Positions 9,491 through 18,092 of a DNA stretch of 32,000 bases are shown here, piece after piece. Position numbers and translations under genes: made by a program. The stretch's first letter is position 1. Each line of letters opens with the position of its first letter. The notes below the pieces were generated by a model. The model made no database searches. It had not been told where the DNA came from and saw nothing but the letters and a program-made list of their open reading frames with translations. This DNA is from Fibrobacteria bacterium (GTDB lineage: Bacteria; Fibrobacterota; Fibrobacteria; UBA11236; JADFYW01). The stretch spans positions 103,031-135,030 of the forward strand of contig JBNKOC010000012.1 of the NCBI GenBank assembly GCA_050294405.1. Reading direction: 5' to 3'.

Positions 9491-9712
9491 AATTATACCA
9501 TTTATTTGGTTGGGTGTTGGTTTACTGTGGTAATTCTACTAATTTTTACCAGTTTTTCCAGTACATTTTTGAAAATAATATTAACTTTTAAAAATATTCG
9601 CTAATTTTAGAGATAGTCAATATAGTTATGAGTGAAGTATATCTATAAAACTAGATTTTTTTGCCAAATAGTCGGCGAATACTGTTTGATACTGTTAAAA
9701 AATAGGTGATAA

Positions 9713-10384
9713 ATGGACAAAATAAGTTCTGGTATGCTGCCCAGAGAAAAAATAATGCGTTTTGGGGTGGAAAAGTTAGAGGTATGGGAGTTGTTTGCTG
9801 TAGTTTTAGGGGTTGGTTACCCAGGAAAAGGTATTCTGGAACTTTCCAAAGATATCATTGAGGGTATTTCTGCCAACTCTAGTTATCCTAATCTTGAAGA
9901 ATTGGTTCAAATAAAGGGAATTGGTGAGGCTAAGGCTTGCAAAATATTAGCTGTTTTGGAGCTTTCCAAAAGGTTTATACCATTTGCAGAAAGAGCTAGT
10001 CTTAATTGCCCAGAGGATTTTATTCCGCTACTAGCACCCTTAAAATTTGCCAACCAGGAAGAGTTTTGGGTTTTTACGCTGGATTCAACAAATAAGCTTA
10101 TACAATCCCATGCAGTTACAAAAGGTTTGGTGAACCAAAGCCCCATTCATCCCCGAGAGGTTTTTGCTCCTGCTATAGTAGATAGAGCTGTAAACCTAGT
10201 TTTATGCCATAACCATCCTTCTGGAAGCCTCAAACCCTCCAGGGCAGATTTGGATGTGACTCGGGAATTGGTGAGTTTGGGTTCTCAATTAAAAATACCC
10301 ATCCTAGATCATATTATCGTATCCAGCAAAGGTATATGTTCTTTATCCAGGGAAATGCCGGATTTATTTTTGTATGGCCCTTAG
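9713..10384 (+). CDS. radC: RadC-family JAB/MPN-domain protein
   Basis: 223 aa. It has an HhH-like IKGIGEAKACKILA segment and the JAMM motif HNHPSGSLKPSRADLDVT. AGGTGA Shine-Dalgarno at 9704-9709. Confidence 0.9.
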   Translation: MDKISSGMLPREKIMRFGVEKLEVWELFAVVLGVGYPGKGILELSKDIIEGISANSSYPNLEELVQIKGIGEAKACKILAVLELSKRFIPFAERASLNCPEDFIPLLAPLKFANQEEFWVFTLDSTNKLIQSHAVTKGLVNQSPIHPREVFAPAIVDRAVNLVLCHNHPSGSLKPSRADLDVTRELVSLGSQLKIPILDHIIVSSKGICSLSREMPDLFLYGP

Positions 10385-10410
10385 GGGAAAAGAAGACCAT
10401 AATTAGGTAC

Positions 10411-11919
10411 ATGCGGGTAATCCATAAATTTTGGAAAAGAATAGGGCTGCTTTTGTGCTCAGCCTATTTGGTTTCAAGTTGCGTAAAGATTGAAACAAAA
10501 GAAATAAAATACCCTGATGGAGCGATAAAAGAAAAATATAGCTATTACCTGGCTGAAGGCGGTTTGGAAATCTGGGATGGAAAATACAGCCGTTGGTATC
10601 CATCGGGAAAACTCGCCGAAGAATCAAATTGGAATGAAGGTATTCTCCACGGGGTTCAAACTCAGTGGTATGAAAATGGCAATAAAAAAATGGAAGGAAA
10701 CTGGATTTTTGGAGAGGAAGAAGGTGTTTTTAAGAAATGGTATGTAAATGGTCAGTTGGCTGAAGAAATGGCTTTTGAAACCGGCCGCCCCAAAGGACAA
10801 AAAACAGTGTGGCATCCTAATGGAAAGAAAAAATCAGAATTGATGATTGTTAACGGATTAGAAGATGGGATAGAAAATATATGGGATGATAATGGAGATG
10901 TTTATTCCCAAAGGTTTTGGATAAGTGGAAAGCTTGATAGCGTTAAAACATACATTCCCGAGTCAGAGTTGAAACAAATGTCAATCGAGTTTGAGCCTGG
11001 AAAAAAGGCGGAGGAATTTAGCTATTTTTTAGATCCTGATGGAAACCAAATTCGACATGGAGATTTAAAGCAATGGTATGACAACGGGCAGTTGGAACGA
11101 AATATTTCTTTTGATTTCGGAAAAAAAAATGGAATGGAAATTTGGTATTTCGAAAATGGTTTAAAAAAATCAGAAATTCCCTGGAAGGTTGGGAAAAAAG
11201 ATGGCGTGGAAAAACATTGGTATCCAAATGGTGAATTTCAAAAAAGTGAAGAAAACTATGATACAGGGATATTAAATGGAGTTGTAAAAAACTGGTACCC
11301 AAATGGTAAATTAAAAAGTGAATTTTATTACGTTGATGGCAAACTCAGCGATACAGCAATGCTGTGGTTTGAATCGGGTACATTAAAGTCCAAAGCAGTT
11401 TACAGTGAAGGTAAGCTCAATGGCCAGGTGATCAGTTGCTACCCTATAGGACAAAAGAAATCTGTAGCTAGTTTTCAGGAAGGTGTAAAACATGGGAAAT
11501 ACCAGGAGTTTTATACTCATGGTCAGATAAAGTTGGAAGTGGAATACAATCGGGGTATAAAAATTGCGGAAAGTGTTAAGAAGTGGACTAAAGGTGGAGA
11601 TAGGGTGGATTTGAGCAAAATGTATACAGCTGTTGAAAAAGCCCAGTTGGAGCAAAAAATCAAACAATCCCATTCTAATTGTCAAAAAGAAATTGAGAAC
11701 GTTGCTGAACTTAAGGCAAAGTTAAATAGCGGTAGCCTGTATAAAGAACTGCAAAAACTTGAAATCAGCTACAACAGATCAGAACAAAAAAAAGAGGAAG
11801 AGTGCGAGTCCTACGGGGACAAAGTTGAAGAATACTTAAATTATTTTTCAAAAGAAGAATTGGATGAATTTTTACGTCTACAAAACTTAAGCCCTCTTAA
11901 TAGCCCCGGTTTCAACTGA
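10411..11919 (+). CDS. MORN-variant (YwqK-like) repeat lipoprotein with a C-terminal coiled-coil tail
   Basis: The ORF track starts at 10336. The ATG at 10411 gives a signal peptide with the lipobox LVSS-C. About 14 repeats of about 23 aa follow (G.....W/Y..NG.L..E......G...G). The last ~110 aa are K/E-rich and helical. Confidence 0.8.
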   Translation: MRVIHKFWKRIGLLLCSAYLVSSCVKIETKEIKYPDGAIKEKYSYYLAEGGLEIWDGKYSRWYPSGKLAEESNWNEGILHGVQTQWYENGNKKMEGNWIFGEEEGVFKKWYVNGQLAEEMAFETGRPKGQKTVWHPNGKKKSELMIVNGLEDGIENIWDDNGDVYSQRFWISGKLDSVKTYIPESELKQMSIEFEPGKKAEEFSYFLDPDGNQIRHGDLKQWYDNGQLERNISFDFGKKNGMEIWYFENGLKKSEIPWKVGKKDGVEKHWYPNGEFQKSEENYDTGILNGVVKNWYPNGKLKSEFYYVDGKLSDTAMLWFESGTLKSKAVYSEGKLNGQVISCYPIGQKKSVASFQEGVKHGKYQEFYTHGQIKLEVEYNRGIKIAESVKKWTKGGDRVDLSKMYTAVEKAQLEQKIKQSHSNCQKEIENVAELKAKLNSGSLYKELQKLEISYNRSEQKKEEECESYGDKVEEYLNYFSKEELDEFLRLQNLSPLNSPGFN

Positions 11920-11979
11920 TATTCAGTGGAATTCTGATTAAATATCCTTAATAACCAGGAATTGGTTAATTTTTTCAGC

Positions 11980-14157
11980 ATGGAAATTCCAGTAGCTGTA
12001 AAAGCAGCAAAATATTTAATGCTGCTGTCTGCTTTATCTCTGCAATTTTCCTGTAAGCAAAATGGAAGTGTAAAAATGGAAAATAAATTACGAAATGAAA
12101 AAAGCCCCTATCTCCTGCAGCATGCTAAAAATCCGGTCCATTGGTATCCTTGGGGTGAGGAAGCGTTTAACAGAGCTAAAAAAGAAAATAAACTAATACT
12201 ATTGTCCATTGGTTATTCTACTTGCCACTGGTGCCATGTCATGGAAAAAGAATCTTTTGAAAAAGAGGATGTGGCAGCTATCCTTAACAAATATTATGTA
12301 AGTATTAAGGTAGATAGAGAGGAACGCCCGGATGTAGATAATTTGTATATGGGATTAGCACAAGCTTTAGGGGTTGGGGGAGGCTGGCCCCTTAATTTGT
12401 TCTTAACTCCCGACCAGGTTCCTTTTACCGGGGGCACCTATTTTCCTCCGGAAGATGCTTATGGTAAGCGAAGTTTTAAATATGTGCTTCAAACTGTGGC
12501 AAAAATGTGGGAAAGCGAACCTCAGAAAATTTTAGATACAGAAAAAGGGGTGCTAAAATATATCAATCAAAAAAATGAAGTAACCCCCACAGCTGTAAAT
12601 ATTGAAGCGTTGCATCAAAAGGCGATTTTAGAAAAAGCTTCTATGTATGAGCCGGCGTATGGGGGCTTTTCTTCAGCTCCAAAGTTCCCTATGGGTCACG
12701 CACTTTCCTATTTGATATTGCTCGAAAAAAGAAATCCAGACAAAGTGCTTCTCAATAGAATAACCCACACTTTGGATAACATGGCTTCGGCCGGGCTTTA
12801 CGATCAAATTGGAGGGGGGTTTCATCGTTATTCCACAGACAGGGAATGGCTGGTGCCCCATTTTGAAAAAATGTTATACGACCAGGCGCTTTTGATTACT
12901 GCATATGCCAATGCCTACAGCAATACCTTAAATAGCCGCTATGCAGAAATTGTAGCGGAAACAATTGAGTATCTGCGTAGAGATATGTTGGATGAAAAGG
13001 GAGGTTTTTATTCGGCTGAAGATGCCGATAGCGAGGGAGAAGAAGGGACTTTTTATTTATGGGAAATATCGGAACTCAAGGAATTAGTTCCAGAGAATAT
13101 TGGAATGTTAATGGATTGGTTTGATATAAAAGAGCATGGGAATTTCGAGGGAAAAAATATTTTAACCCGTAAACATACTATTAGATGGTTGGCGGAAAAG
13201 TATGGAAAAGATGAAGACGGGTTGAAAGCTAAAATAAAGGAAATGAATTCCAGGCTTTTGGCCGCAAGAAGCCAAAGAATCCGGCCTCATTTGGACGATA
13301 AAATTTTAACAGACTGGAACGGTTTAGTTATATCGGCGTTAAGCAAGGCAGCCCAGGCTTTGCCCGATTCGCTGGGCGATATATATAAAAAAGAAAATAG
13401 CCTTAATATGGCAAAAAATGCGGCCGAATTTGTTTTAAAAGAATTAAGAGATAAGGATAACCGGCTTTTAAAAAGTTACAGGCAAGGGCCTTCTAACATC
13501 GCAGGGTTTATTGAGGATTACGCCTTTTTTGCCAATGGACTATTGGACTTGTATGAAAGCAGTTTCGAAGTAAAATACCTTGAGGAGGCTGTGGCTACAG
13601 CCCGCCAGATGATTGAAAATTTTTGGGACTCCAAGGACGGTGGCTTTTATTTTATTCCTAAAGATGGAAGCATGCTCTTAAAAAATGCCAAGGAACTCAA
13701 TGACGGAGCTATTCCCAGCGGAAATAGTGTGGCGGCGCAGGTATGTGCTCGTCTATATCGCATTACCGCAAATGAGGAATACAAAAACATATTGGAAAAA
13801 ATGATTTCCTTTTTTGGCCCTCAAATTAATACCTATCCTTCCAGCTATCCTGTTTTTTTATCCGCATTGGATATGTATTATAATCCCGGTCCTGAAATTA
13901 TTTTATCCGGAAATAAAGAAAACGAATCCTTTAAAAAAATTTGGAGCCTGGTAAAAAAATACCCATCCATAAACCAAATATTAATTCATGTTCCTGAACA
14001 CAGTGAATCAGCCATATTTGAAATAGCTCCTTTTACCAAACAACAACGAGTCGTTGAAGGAGATGTAACCTTTTATTATTGCCAAAATAGAACATGCCAA
14101 AGACCTTTGAATTCTCCCGTAGATGTGGAAGAATTTTTAAAATCAGTTGCCGGATAA
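11980..14157 (+). CDS. Thioredoxin-domain protein of the YyaL/DUF255 (SPATA20-like) family, apparently a lipoprotein
   Basis: The ORF track starts at TTG 11962. The ATG at 11980 gives MEIPVAV...[10 protein letters not shown]. It has the conserved [12 protein letters not shown] thioredoxin-like motif, followed by a long alpha-helical (alpha/alpha-barrel-like) region. Confidence 0.85.
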   Translation: MEIPVAVKAAKYLMLLSALSLQFSCKQNGSVKMENKLRNEKSPYLLQHAKNPVHWYPWGEEAFNRAKKENKLILLSIGYSTCHWCHVMEKESFEKEDVAAILNKYYVSIKVDREERPDVDNLYMGLAQALGVGGGWPLNLFLTPDQVPFTGGTYFPPEDAYGKRSFKYVLQTVAKMWESEPQKILDTEKGVLKYINQKNEVTPTAVNIEALHQKAILEKASMYEPAYGGFSSAPKFPMGHALSYLILLEKRNPDKVLLNRITHTLDNMASAGLYDQIGGGFHRYSTDREWLVPHFEKMLYDQALLITAYANAYSNTLNSRYAEIVAETIEYLRRDMLDEKGGFYSAEDADSEGEEGTFYLWEISELKELVPENIGMLMDWFDIKEHGNFEGKNILTRKHTIRWLAEKYGKDEDGLKAKIKEMNSRLLAARSQRIRPHLDDKILTDWNGLVISALSKAAQALPDSLGDIYKKENSLNMAKNAAEFVLKELRDKDNRLLKSYRQGPSNIAGFIEDYAFFANGLLDLYESSFEVKYLEEAVATARQMIENFWDSKDGGFYFIPKDGSMLLKNAKELNDGAIPSGNSVAAQVCARLYRITANEEYKNILEKMISFFGPQINTYPSSYPVFLSALDMYYNPGPEIILSGNKENESFKKIWSLVKKYPSINQILIHVPEHSESAIFEIAPFTKQQRVVEGDVTFYYCQNRTCQRPLNSPVDVEEFLKSVAG

Positions 14158-14865
14158 TATTTGCAATATTGTGCTTTTGTGATTATCGAGATAATAAGAA
14201 AAATCGTGAAGGCCATCAGGGAAAATATACAGGCTGGTGTTTGGATTTTGTTTTTTCCATTCTTTAAAAACAGGTTCAATTTTTTCAATTGGAAAGAGTC
14301 TGTCGTTTCCTCCCTGAAAAAAGTGCCAATGCCCTTTTTGAAACCCATCTTGACTGTAATTTTTTTGATTTAAAATAATTTGAGGGGCGCTGGAAAATAA
14401 AAGCCTCTTGGTTATATTAAAGGGGCTGTTAATACTAAAGTGAATCACGGCTAAAGAGCCATCCGAAACACCAAATAAAATAATCGGCAATTTTTCCAAT
14501 TGCTGTTTGGCGATAAATTCCCTTAAAAAACTATTTATGTTTGTCATTAGTTGCGGGTGAAGCCAATGTAAGTTTCTATTGGCTGAGGGGCTGAATACTA
14601 TATAATCATTTCTGTTTATAAGAGGGTATATGCCTGTTAAGGCTTGTTTCCCTTTGTCTGATATGGGACTATTCATGCCGCCATGAAACCAGATGATAAT
14701 ACCTTTGGCCGAGGTCATGTTTGAAGGAAAGCTGGCGCCGTAGAAAACATTTTCAGAGCCGAATTGAAAAATGGAGTCCCGGAAGGAAAAAGAATTCTCC
14801 AGAAAGAAAAACAAATGGCAAAATAATAAAAGATGAATCTTTGTATTCATACTCATTAATTGCAA
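14143..14865 (-). CDS. Secreted alpha/beta-hydrolase (esterase-like), function unknown
   Basis: 240 aa with an N-terminal hydrophobic signal. HGG oxyanion motif (IIWFHGGMN), nucleophile elbow GVSDG, and candidate Asp (GGNDRLFP) and His (DGLHDF). It starts 21 nt downstream of motB on the same strand. Confidence 0.65.
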   Translation of the reverse strand: MQLMSMNTKIHLLLFCHLFFFLENSFSFRDSIFQFGSENVFYGASFPSNMTSAKGIIIWFHGGMNSPISDKGKQALTGIYPLINRNDYIVFSPSANRNLHWLHPQLMTNINSFLREFIAKQQLEKLPIILFGVSDGSLAVIHFSINSPFNITKRLLFSSAPQIILNQKNYSQDGFQKGHWHFFQGGNDRLFPIEKIEPVFKEWKKQNPNTSLYIFPDGLHDFSYYLDNHKSTILQILSGN

Positions 14866-14886
14866 TATAGCACAATGAATAGTTGC

Positions 14887-15561
14887 TTAGTGGATTCGAA
14901 TTACAATTCTTCTGTTGGCGGCTTGGTTTTCTGGAATGGGCTTGCCGTTGGAGTCCCTGTTGGGAGCAACAGGCTTGGTATCTGCATATCCTGCAGCCTT
15001 AAGCCTGTCCCCATTCACGCCAGTTTCTATCATATACTTAACAATGTTTGTTGCCCTGGAAACGCTAAGCTCCCAGTTTGAGGGAAAACGAATGGTGTTA
15101 ATGGGAACATCATCTGTATGTCCTTCCACATCCACTACAAAGGGGTAATAATCAACCTGCTTAATGGCTTGTGAAACCTTATCAATCAGGTTTTGTGCTG
15201 TTGGGCTTATGTCGGCACTCCCGCCAGCGTAAAAAGCCGAACTTGCAAATTTTAACATTATGTTTTTTTGGTCCTGCTTTATATTAACCTGCTGGGCTGC
15301 TTTCTCATCAGCCAATAACGAGTCCAGAGCCCGCTTAATATCAGCCAAGGGAGTTTTTATCTTCTCGTCTTTGATTTCCGAAATGATTCCAGATTTCATT
15401 TGTTCCCATAAGCTCATATCCACTTTTGAAATGGATATTAACATTAAAAAAAACGCCATAAGAAGGGTTATCATATCCCCGTAGGTATTCATCCAGTCAT
15501 CTAAATTCACCTCTTCAGGTTCGTTTAGTCTGTATTTGTTTTTATGGGATTTTAAAGCCAT
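14887..15561 (-). CDS. motB: MotB/PomB-type stator subunit with an OmpA-like peptidoglycan-binding domain
   Basis: 224 aa. Single TM helix with the conserved channel Asp (YGD29MITLLMAFFLML; codon 15475-15477). C-terminal OmpA-like motif GHTDDVP...NWELSVSRA...NRRIVI. Confidence 0.9.
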   Translation of the reverse strand: MALKSHKNKYRLNEPEEVNLDDWMNTYGDMITLLMAFFLMLISISKVDMSLWEQMKSGIISEIKDEKIKTPLADIKRALDSLLADEKAAQQVNIKQDQKNIMLKFASSAFYAGGSADISPTAQNLIDKVSQAIKQVDYYPFVVDVEGHTDDVPINTIRFPSNWELSVSRATNIVKYMIETGVNGDRLKAAGYADTKPVAPNRDSNGKPIPENQAANRRIVIRIH

Positions 15562-15572
15562 GAATCGCTGCC

Positions 15573-16367
15573 TTATTTTTTGGGCTCAGCATCCATTTGA
15601 AATTTATTTTTTCTGTCCAAATAGGCGTTTAATTTATCCTGAATATAAAATGGACTTTTCTTTTCCAGTATTAACATAAACCCTTCAAGGATTAGATATT
15701 CCCGGAACCTTTGGATTCCTAAAATTTGCTTTACTTTGGTGGAGCATGGTTGGAATATAAATCTGGCGAATAAAACCCCATATAATGTGGTCATGAGGGC
15801 AATAGACAAACCAGGTCCCATTTGAGAGGGGTCATCCATTTTGCTTAACATTACAATTAATCCAATTAAGGTGCCTACCATGCCAAAAGCCGGAGCGGCA
15901 GAGGCCATTGTGTTTAATATGTTGGATTCGGATAGATGTCTGAAGTAGTGCTCTTCAATGGCGGTTTCGGTAAACTCAGCCACCTCATCTTTGGAATAGC
16001 CGGTACTGATTAAGGAACTAACATACTTCACGAAATCATCTTTTGTCTCATTTCCGATGTTTTCAAAAGCGTTGATTCCGTCTTGGGATACACGCCTGGA
16101 CCAGCTGATAACCATTCCCACATCCTGCATAAGAGATTTTGGAGTTATTTTCTGGCGTACGAAAACTTTAAATATAGATAAAAGAGCTACAAAAATATAG
16201 CGCCAGCGATACCCGATAAAAGCAGATGTTACGGTACCTCCAACAACAATGGAAGCGCTGGGACCGCTGATAAATATGCTCCAGTCATTAGTTGCGCTTA
16301 AAACACCCCAGGAAACAATTCCCACACCAAAAATAACACCGAATACGGTGGAAAGGGAAAGAAACAT
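15573..16367 (-). CDS. motA: MotA/PomA-type stator subunit (MotA/TolQ/ExbB channel family)
   Basis: 264 aa with a 2+2 TM layout and a large cytoplasmic loop. TM3 reads AAPAFGMVGTLIGLI and TM4 reads ALMTTLYGVLFARFIFQP, carrying the two conserved prolines. GGAG Shine-Dalgarno upstream; an 11-nt gap to motB. Confidence 0.9.
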   Translation of the reverse strand: MFLSLSTVFGVIFGVGIVSWGVLSATNDWSIFISGPSASIVVGGTVTSAFIGYRWRYIFVALLSIFKVFVRQKITPKSLMQDVGMVISWSRRVSQDGINAFENIGNETKDDFVKYVSSLISTGYSKDEVAEFTETAIEEHYFRHLSESNILNTMASAAPAFGMVGTLIGLIVMLSKMDDPSQMGPGLSIALMTTLYGVLFARFIFQPCSTKVKQILGIQRFREYLILEGFMLILEKKSPFYIQDKLNAYLDRKNKFQMDAEPKK

Positions 16368-17044
16368 TAATTTTGCTCCAAACTTTTGTTGGCTTTTTTA
16401 AGCTTATTCAACATTTGAATAACAGCTGGCATATCAGGGTTTAATCTAAGAGATTGCAACCAGGCTTCTTTGGCGGCGGGCATATCGTCCATCATGTATA
16501 ATATGCTTCCCATAAGGGCGTATCCATCTGACGTTTCTTGTTTTTGTAAACTGAATTTCACCATGTCCAAAGCTTCCGGAAATCTTTTCTGATAGAAAAA
16601 CTCCTGCGCCTTTCTAATTTCCGCCAAGACCTGCTGCATATCGCCTTTTGTAAGGTCATTGCCTTTGGCTATATCCATAACATCATCCCAATTTTCTTTT
16701 TTGTCTTTTTCTTCTTCCTCTTTAGCGGCAGAGTCTACGGAGGTTTTTTTGCTGGATTGCTGGACTTGAGGGGCGACAGGAGAAGGCGGGGGAACCGGGC
16801 TGCCTGACATTACCAAATTTACATCCTGGCTGTTTATGTCCACAACCATAGTTACATTTGAAGACTTGTTAGTGTATGAAATTTTCATTTCATTGCTATT
16901 TTTTGGCGCTGGAGAAGAAACCTGGTTATTCTCTGCACGGGTATCCGCGCTTTTTTTATCTGCCTTTGAGGAGGCGCAGCCCATAGCTCCCAATAGGGCT
17001 ATGTAAATCAGGCTAGAAGGTATAATTAAGGATGTCCACTTCAT
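16367..17044 (-). CDS. TPR-containing lipoprotein, function unknown
   Basis: 225 aa with lipobox LGAMG-C23. A low-complexity Ser/Pro/Gln linker (SPVPPPSPVAPQVQQ) and an acidic KEEEEKDKK stretch precede a C-terminal TPR-like pair (FFYQKRFPEALDM...AKEAWLQSLRLNPD). It overlaps both neighbouring genes. Confidence 0.7.
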   Translation of the reverse strand: MKWTSLIIPSSLIYIALLGAMGCASSKADKKSADTRAENNQVSSPAPKNSNEMKISYTNKSSNVTMVVDINSQDVNLVMSGSPVPPPSPVAPQVQQSSKKTSVDSAAKEEEEKDKKENWDDVMDIAKGNDLTKGDMQQVLAEIRKAQEFFYQKRFPEALDMVKFSLQKQETSDGYALMGSILYMMDDMPAAKEAWLQSLRLNPDMPAVIQMLNKLKKANKSLEQN

Positions 17045-18092
17045 AAGCTAGTTTCTCAAAGGTGATTTTGTGCCCCACTGCATCTCCCAAAGAACCGGTG
17101 ATAAACCGATCTCCAGCTATGTAACTTACCCCAATGGATACTCCAAAATGTTTGGAGAGTTGAGCGTTATATCCATAGGTAAAAACCGGAATGCTGCCTG
17201 TAAATAAAAAAGGAACATAATAGTAGGCGCTAAAATAGGTCCCCAACCAATGGCCCCTGTCCCGGTTTCCTTTGGGAACTAACACGGCCCAAACTCCAAC
17301 TCCAATTTGCATGGTGTATATGCCGCTGTAGCCCAATTCAATACTGTCTTTTTTGGAGATTGCCATGCGGGATACACCTGCGTTGATGTTAAACCACAAC
17401 CTTCGGTTTTTGGTCAAGGCTTCAGTGACACTCCCTTCAATGGCGACTTGGTTAAACCCGGTTTCCTTGTCTATGCCGCTTTGTCCCTCAAACTTTTCCA
17501 TGGAAAAAATTCGAATAGGTACATGAGCGGACCATTTTAAGTCGAATATGCTAGGCTCCACCTTGTTGGGTCCTGCGATAAAATCTCCAGACCACAATAT
17601 TTCAGCAGTTCGGTGCTTCACTAATTTTAGATTTAACATTACATCGCCATCCTTGGACTTGCTGCAAGAACCTTCAATAAAAGCGTCAATTCTTAATTTA
17701 TCGCCAAGCTTCCAAAGCTCTTCGATAGTAGGAATGGTGTTAGACATGCTAAAGGAGGTATCGGTGCTGATAATATTCAGGGTTTTTAGTTCGGGGGGAG
17801 ATACTAGCGTACGGCGGCCTTCATCCCGCAATGTAGTTTCAATTCGGCCTTGAATGTATCTGGACTCCCCTTTTGTGAAACCTTTGGAATCCGTTCTGAT
17901 TTGGTAAATGGCGATTTTTTCCACCGAGGGAGGTATATCCCCTAATGTTTCCTTTAGCTCAGCAATAATTTTTTCAATTTGCTTGATTCCGGAGGATGTT
18001 TCATAAAAGGGATGGTTCTCCGGTAGGTTTTCCGTTACATTGTCCCCGAAAGAAAAGGCGAATAGAAACCCCAATAATGTTAGTATTCTCAT
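17013..18092 (-). CDS. Outer-membrane protein: CsgG/FlgO/LpoB-like periplasmic domain plus a C-terminal beta-barrel-like region
   Basis: 359 aa with signal peptide MRILTLLGFLFAFSFG. The N-terminal half follows the pattern KIAIYQIRTD...IQGRIETTL...LGDKLRIDAFIEGS...VMLNLKLVKHRTAEILWSG. The C-terminal half has alternating amphipathic strands and ends in ...LNYTF, a terminal Phe OMP signature. Strong GGGAGG/GGAGG Shine-Dalgarno upstream. Confidence 0.6.
   Translation of the reverse strand: MRILTLLGFLFAFSFGDNVTENLPENHPFYETSSGIKQIEKIIAELKETLGDIPPSVEKIAIYQIRTDSKGFTKGESRYIQGRIETTLRDEGRRTLVSPPELKTLNIISTDTSFSMSNTIPTIEELWKLGDKLRIDAFIEGSCSKSKDGDVMLNLKLVKHRTAEILWSGDFIAGPNKVEPSIFDLKWSAHVPIRIFSMEKFEGQSGIDKETGFNQVAIEGSVTEALTKNRRLWFNINAGVSRMAISKKDSIELGYSGIYTMQIGVGVWAVLVPKGNRDRGHWLGTYFSAYYYVPFLFTGSIPVFTYGYNAQLSKHFGVSIGVSYIAGDRFITGSLGDAVGHKITFEKLAYEVDILNYTF

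Noticed and set aside
9491-9712. An ilv leader peptide / attenuator or T-box upstream of ilvB
   Set aside because: I read the minus strand and found no short Ile/Leu/Val-rich ORF and no alternative terminator/antiterminator hairpins. Only a plausible sigma-70 promoter is present (TTGACT-17/18-TATTTT).
10336-10410. The ORF-track start of the MORN protein at 10336, overlapping radC by 49 nt
   Set aside because: The internal ATG at 10411 yields a canonical lipoprotein signal peptide directly at the N-terminus. The upstream extension is probably just open frame.
14143-14157. A 15-nt 3'-3' overlap of convergent genes as a regulatory feature
   Set aside because: Short convergent overlaps are common in compact genomes, and no associated structure is visible.
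14887-16367. The MotA/MotB homologues could be a Zorya (ZorAB) anti-phage defence system
   Set aside because: ZorA carries a very long C-terminal tail and is accompanied by ZorC/ZorD or ZorE. Here MotA has the ordinary length (264 aa), and the neighbours are a FliG-like protein, an OM barrel protein and a TPR lipoprotein. No nuclease or helicase effector is present.
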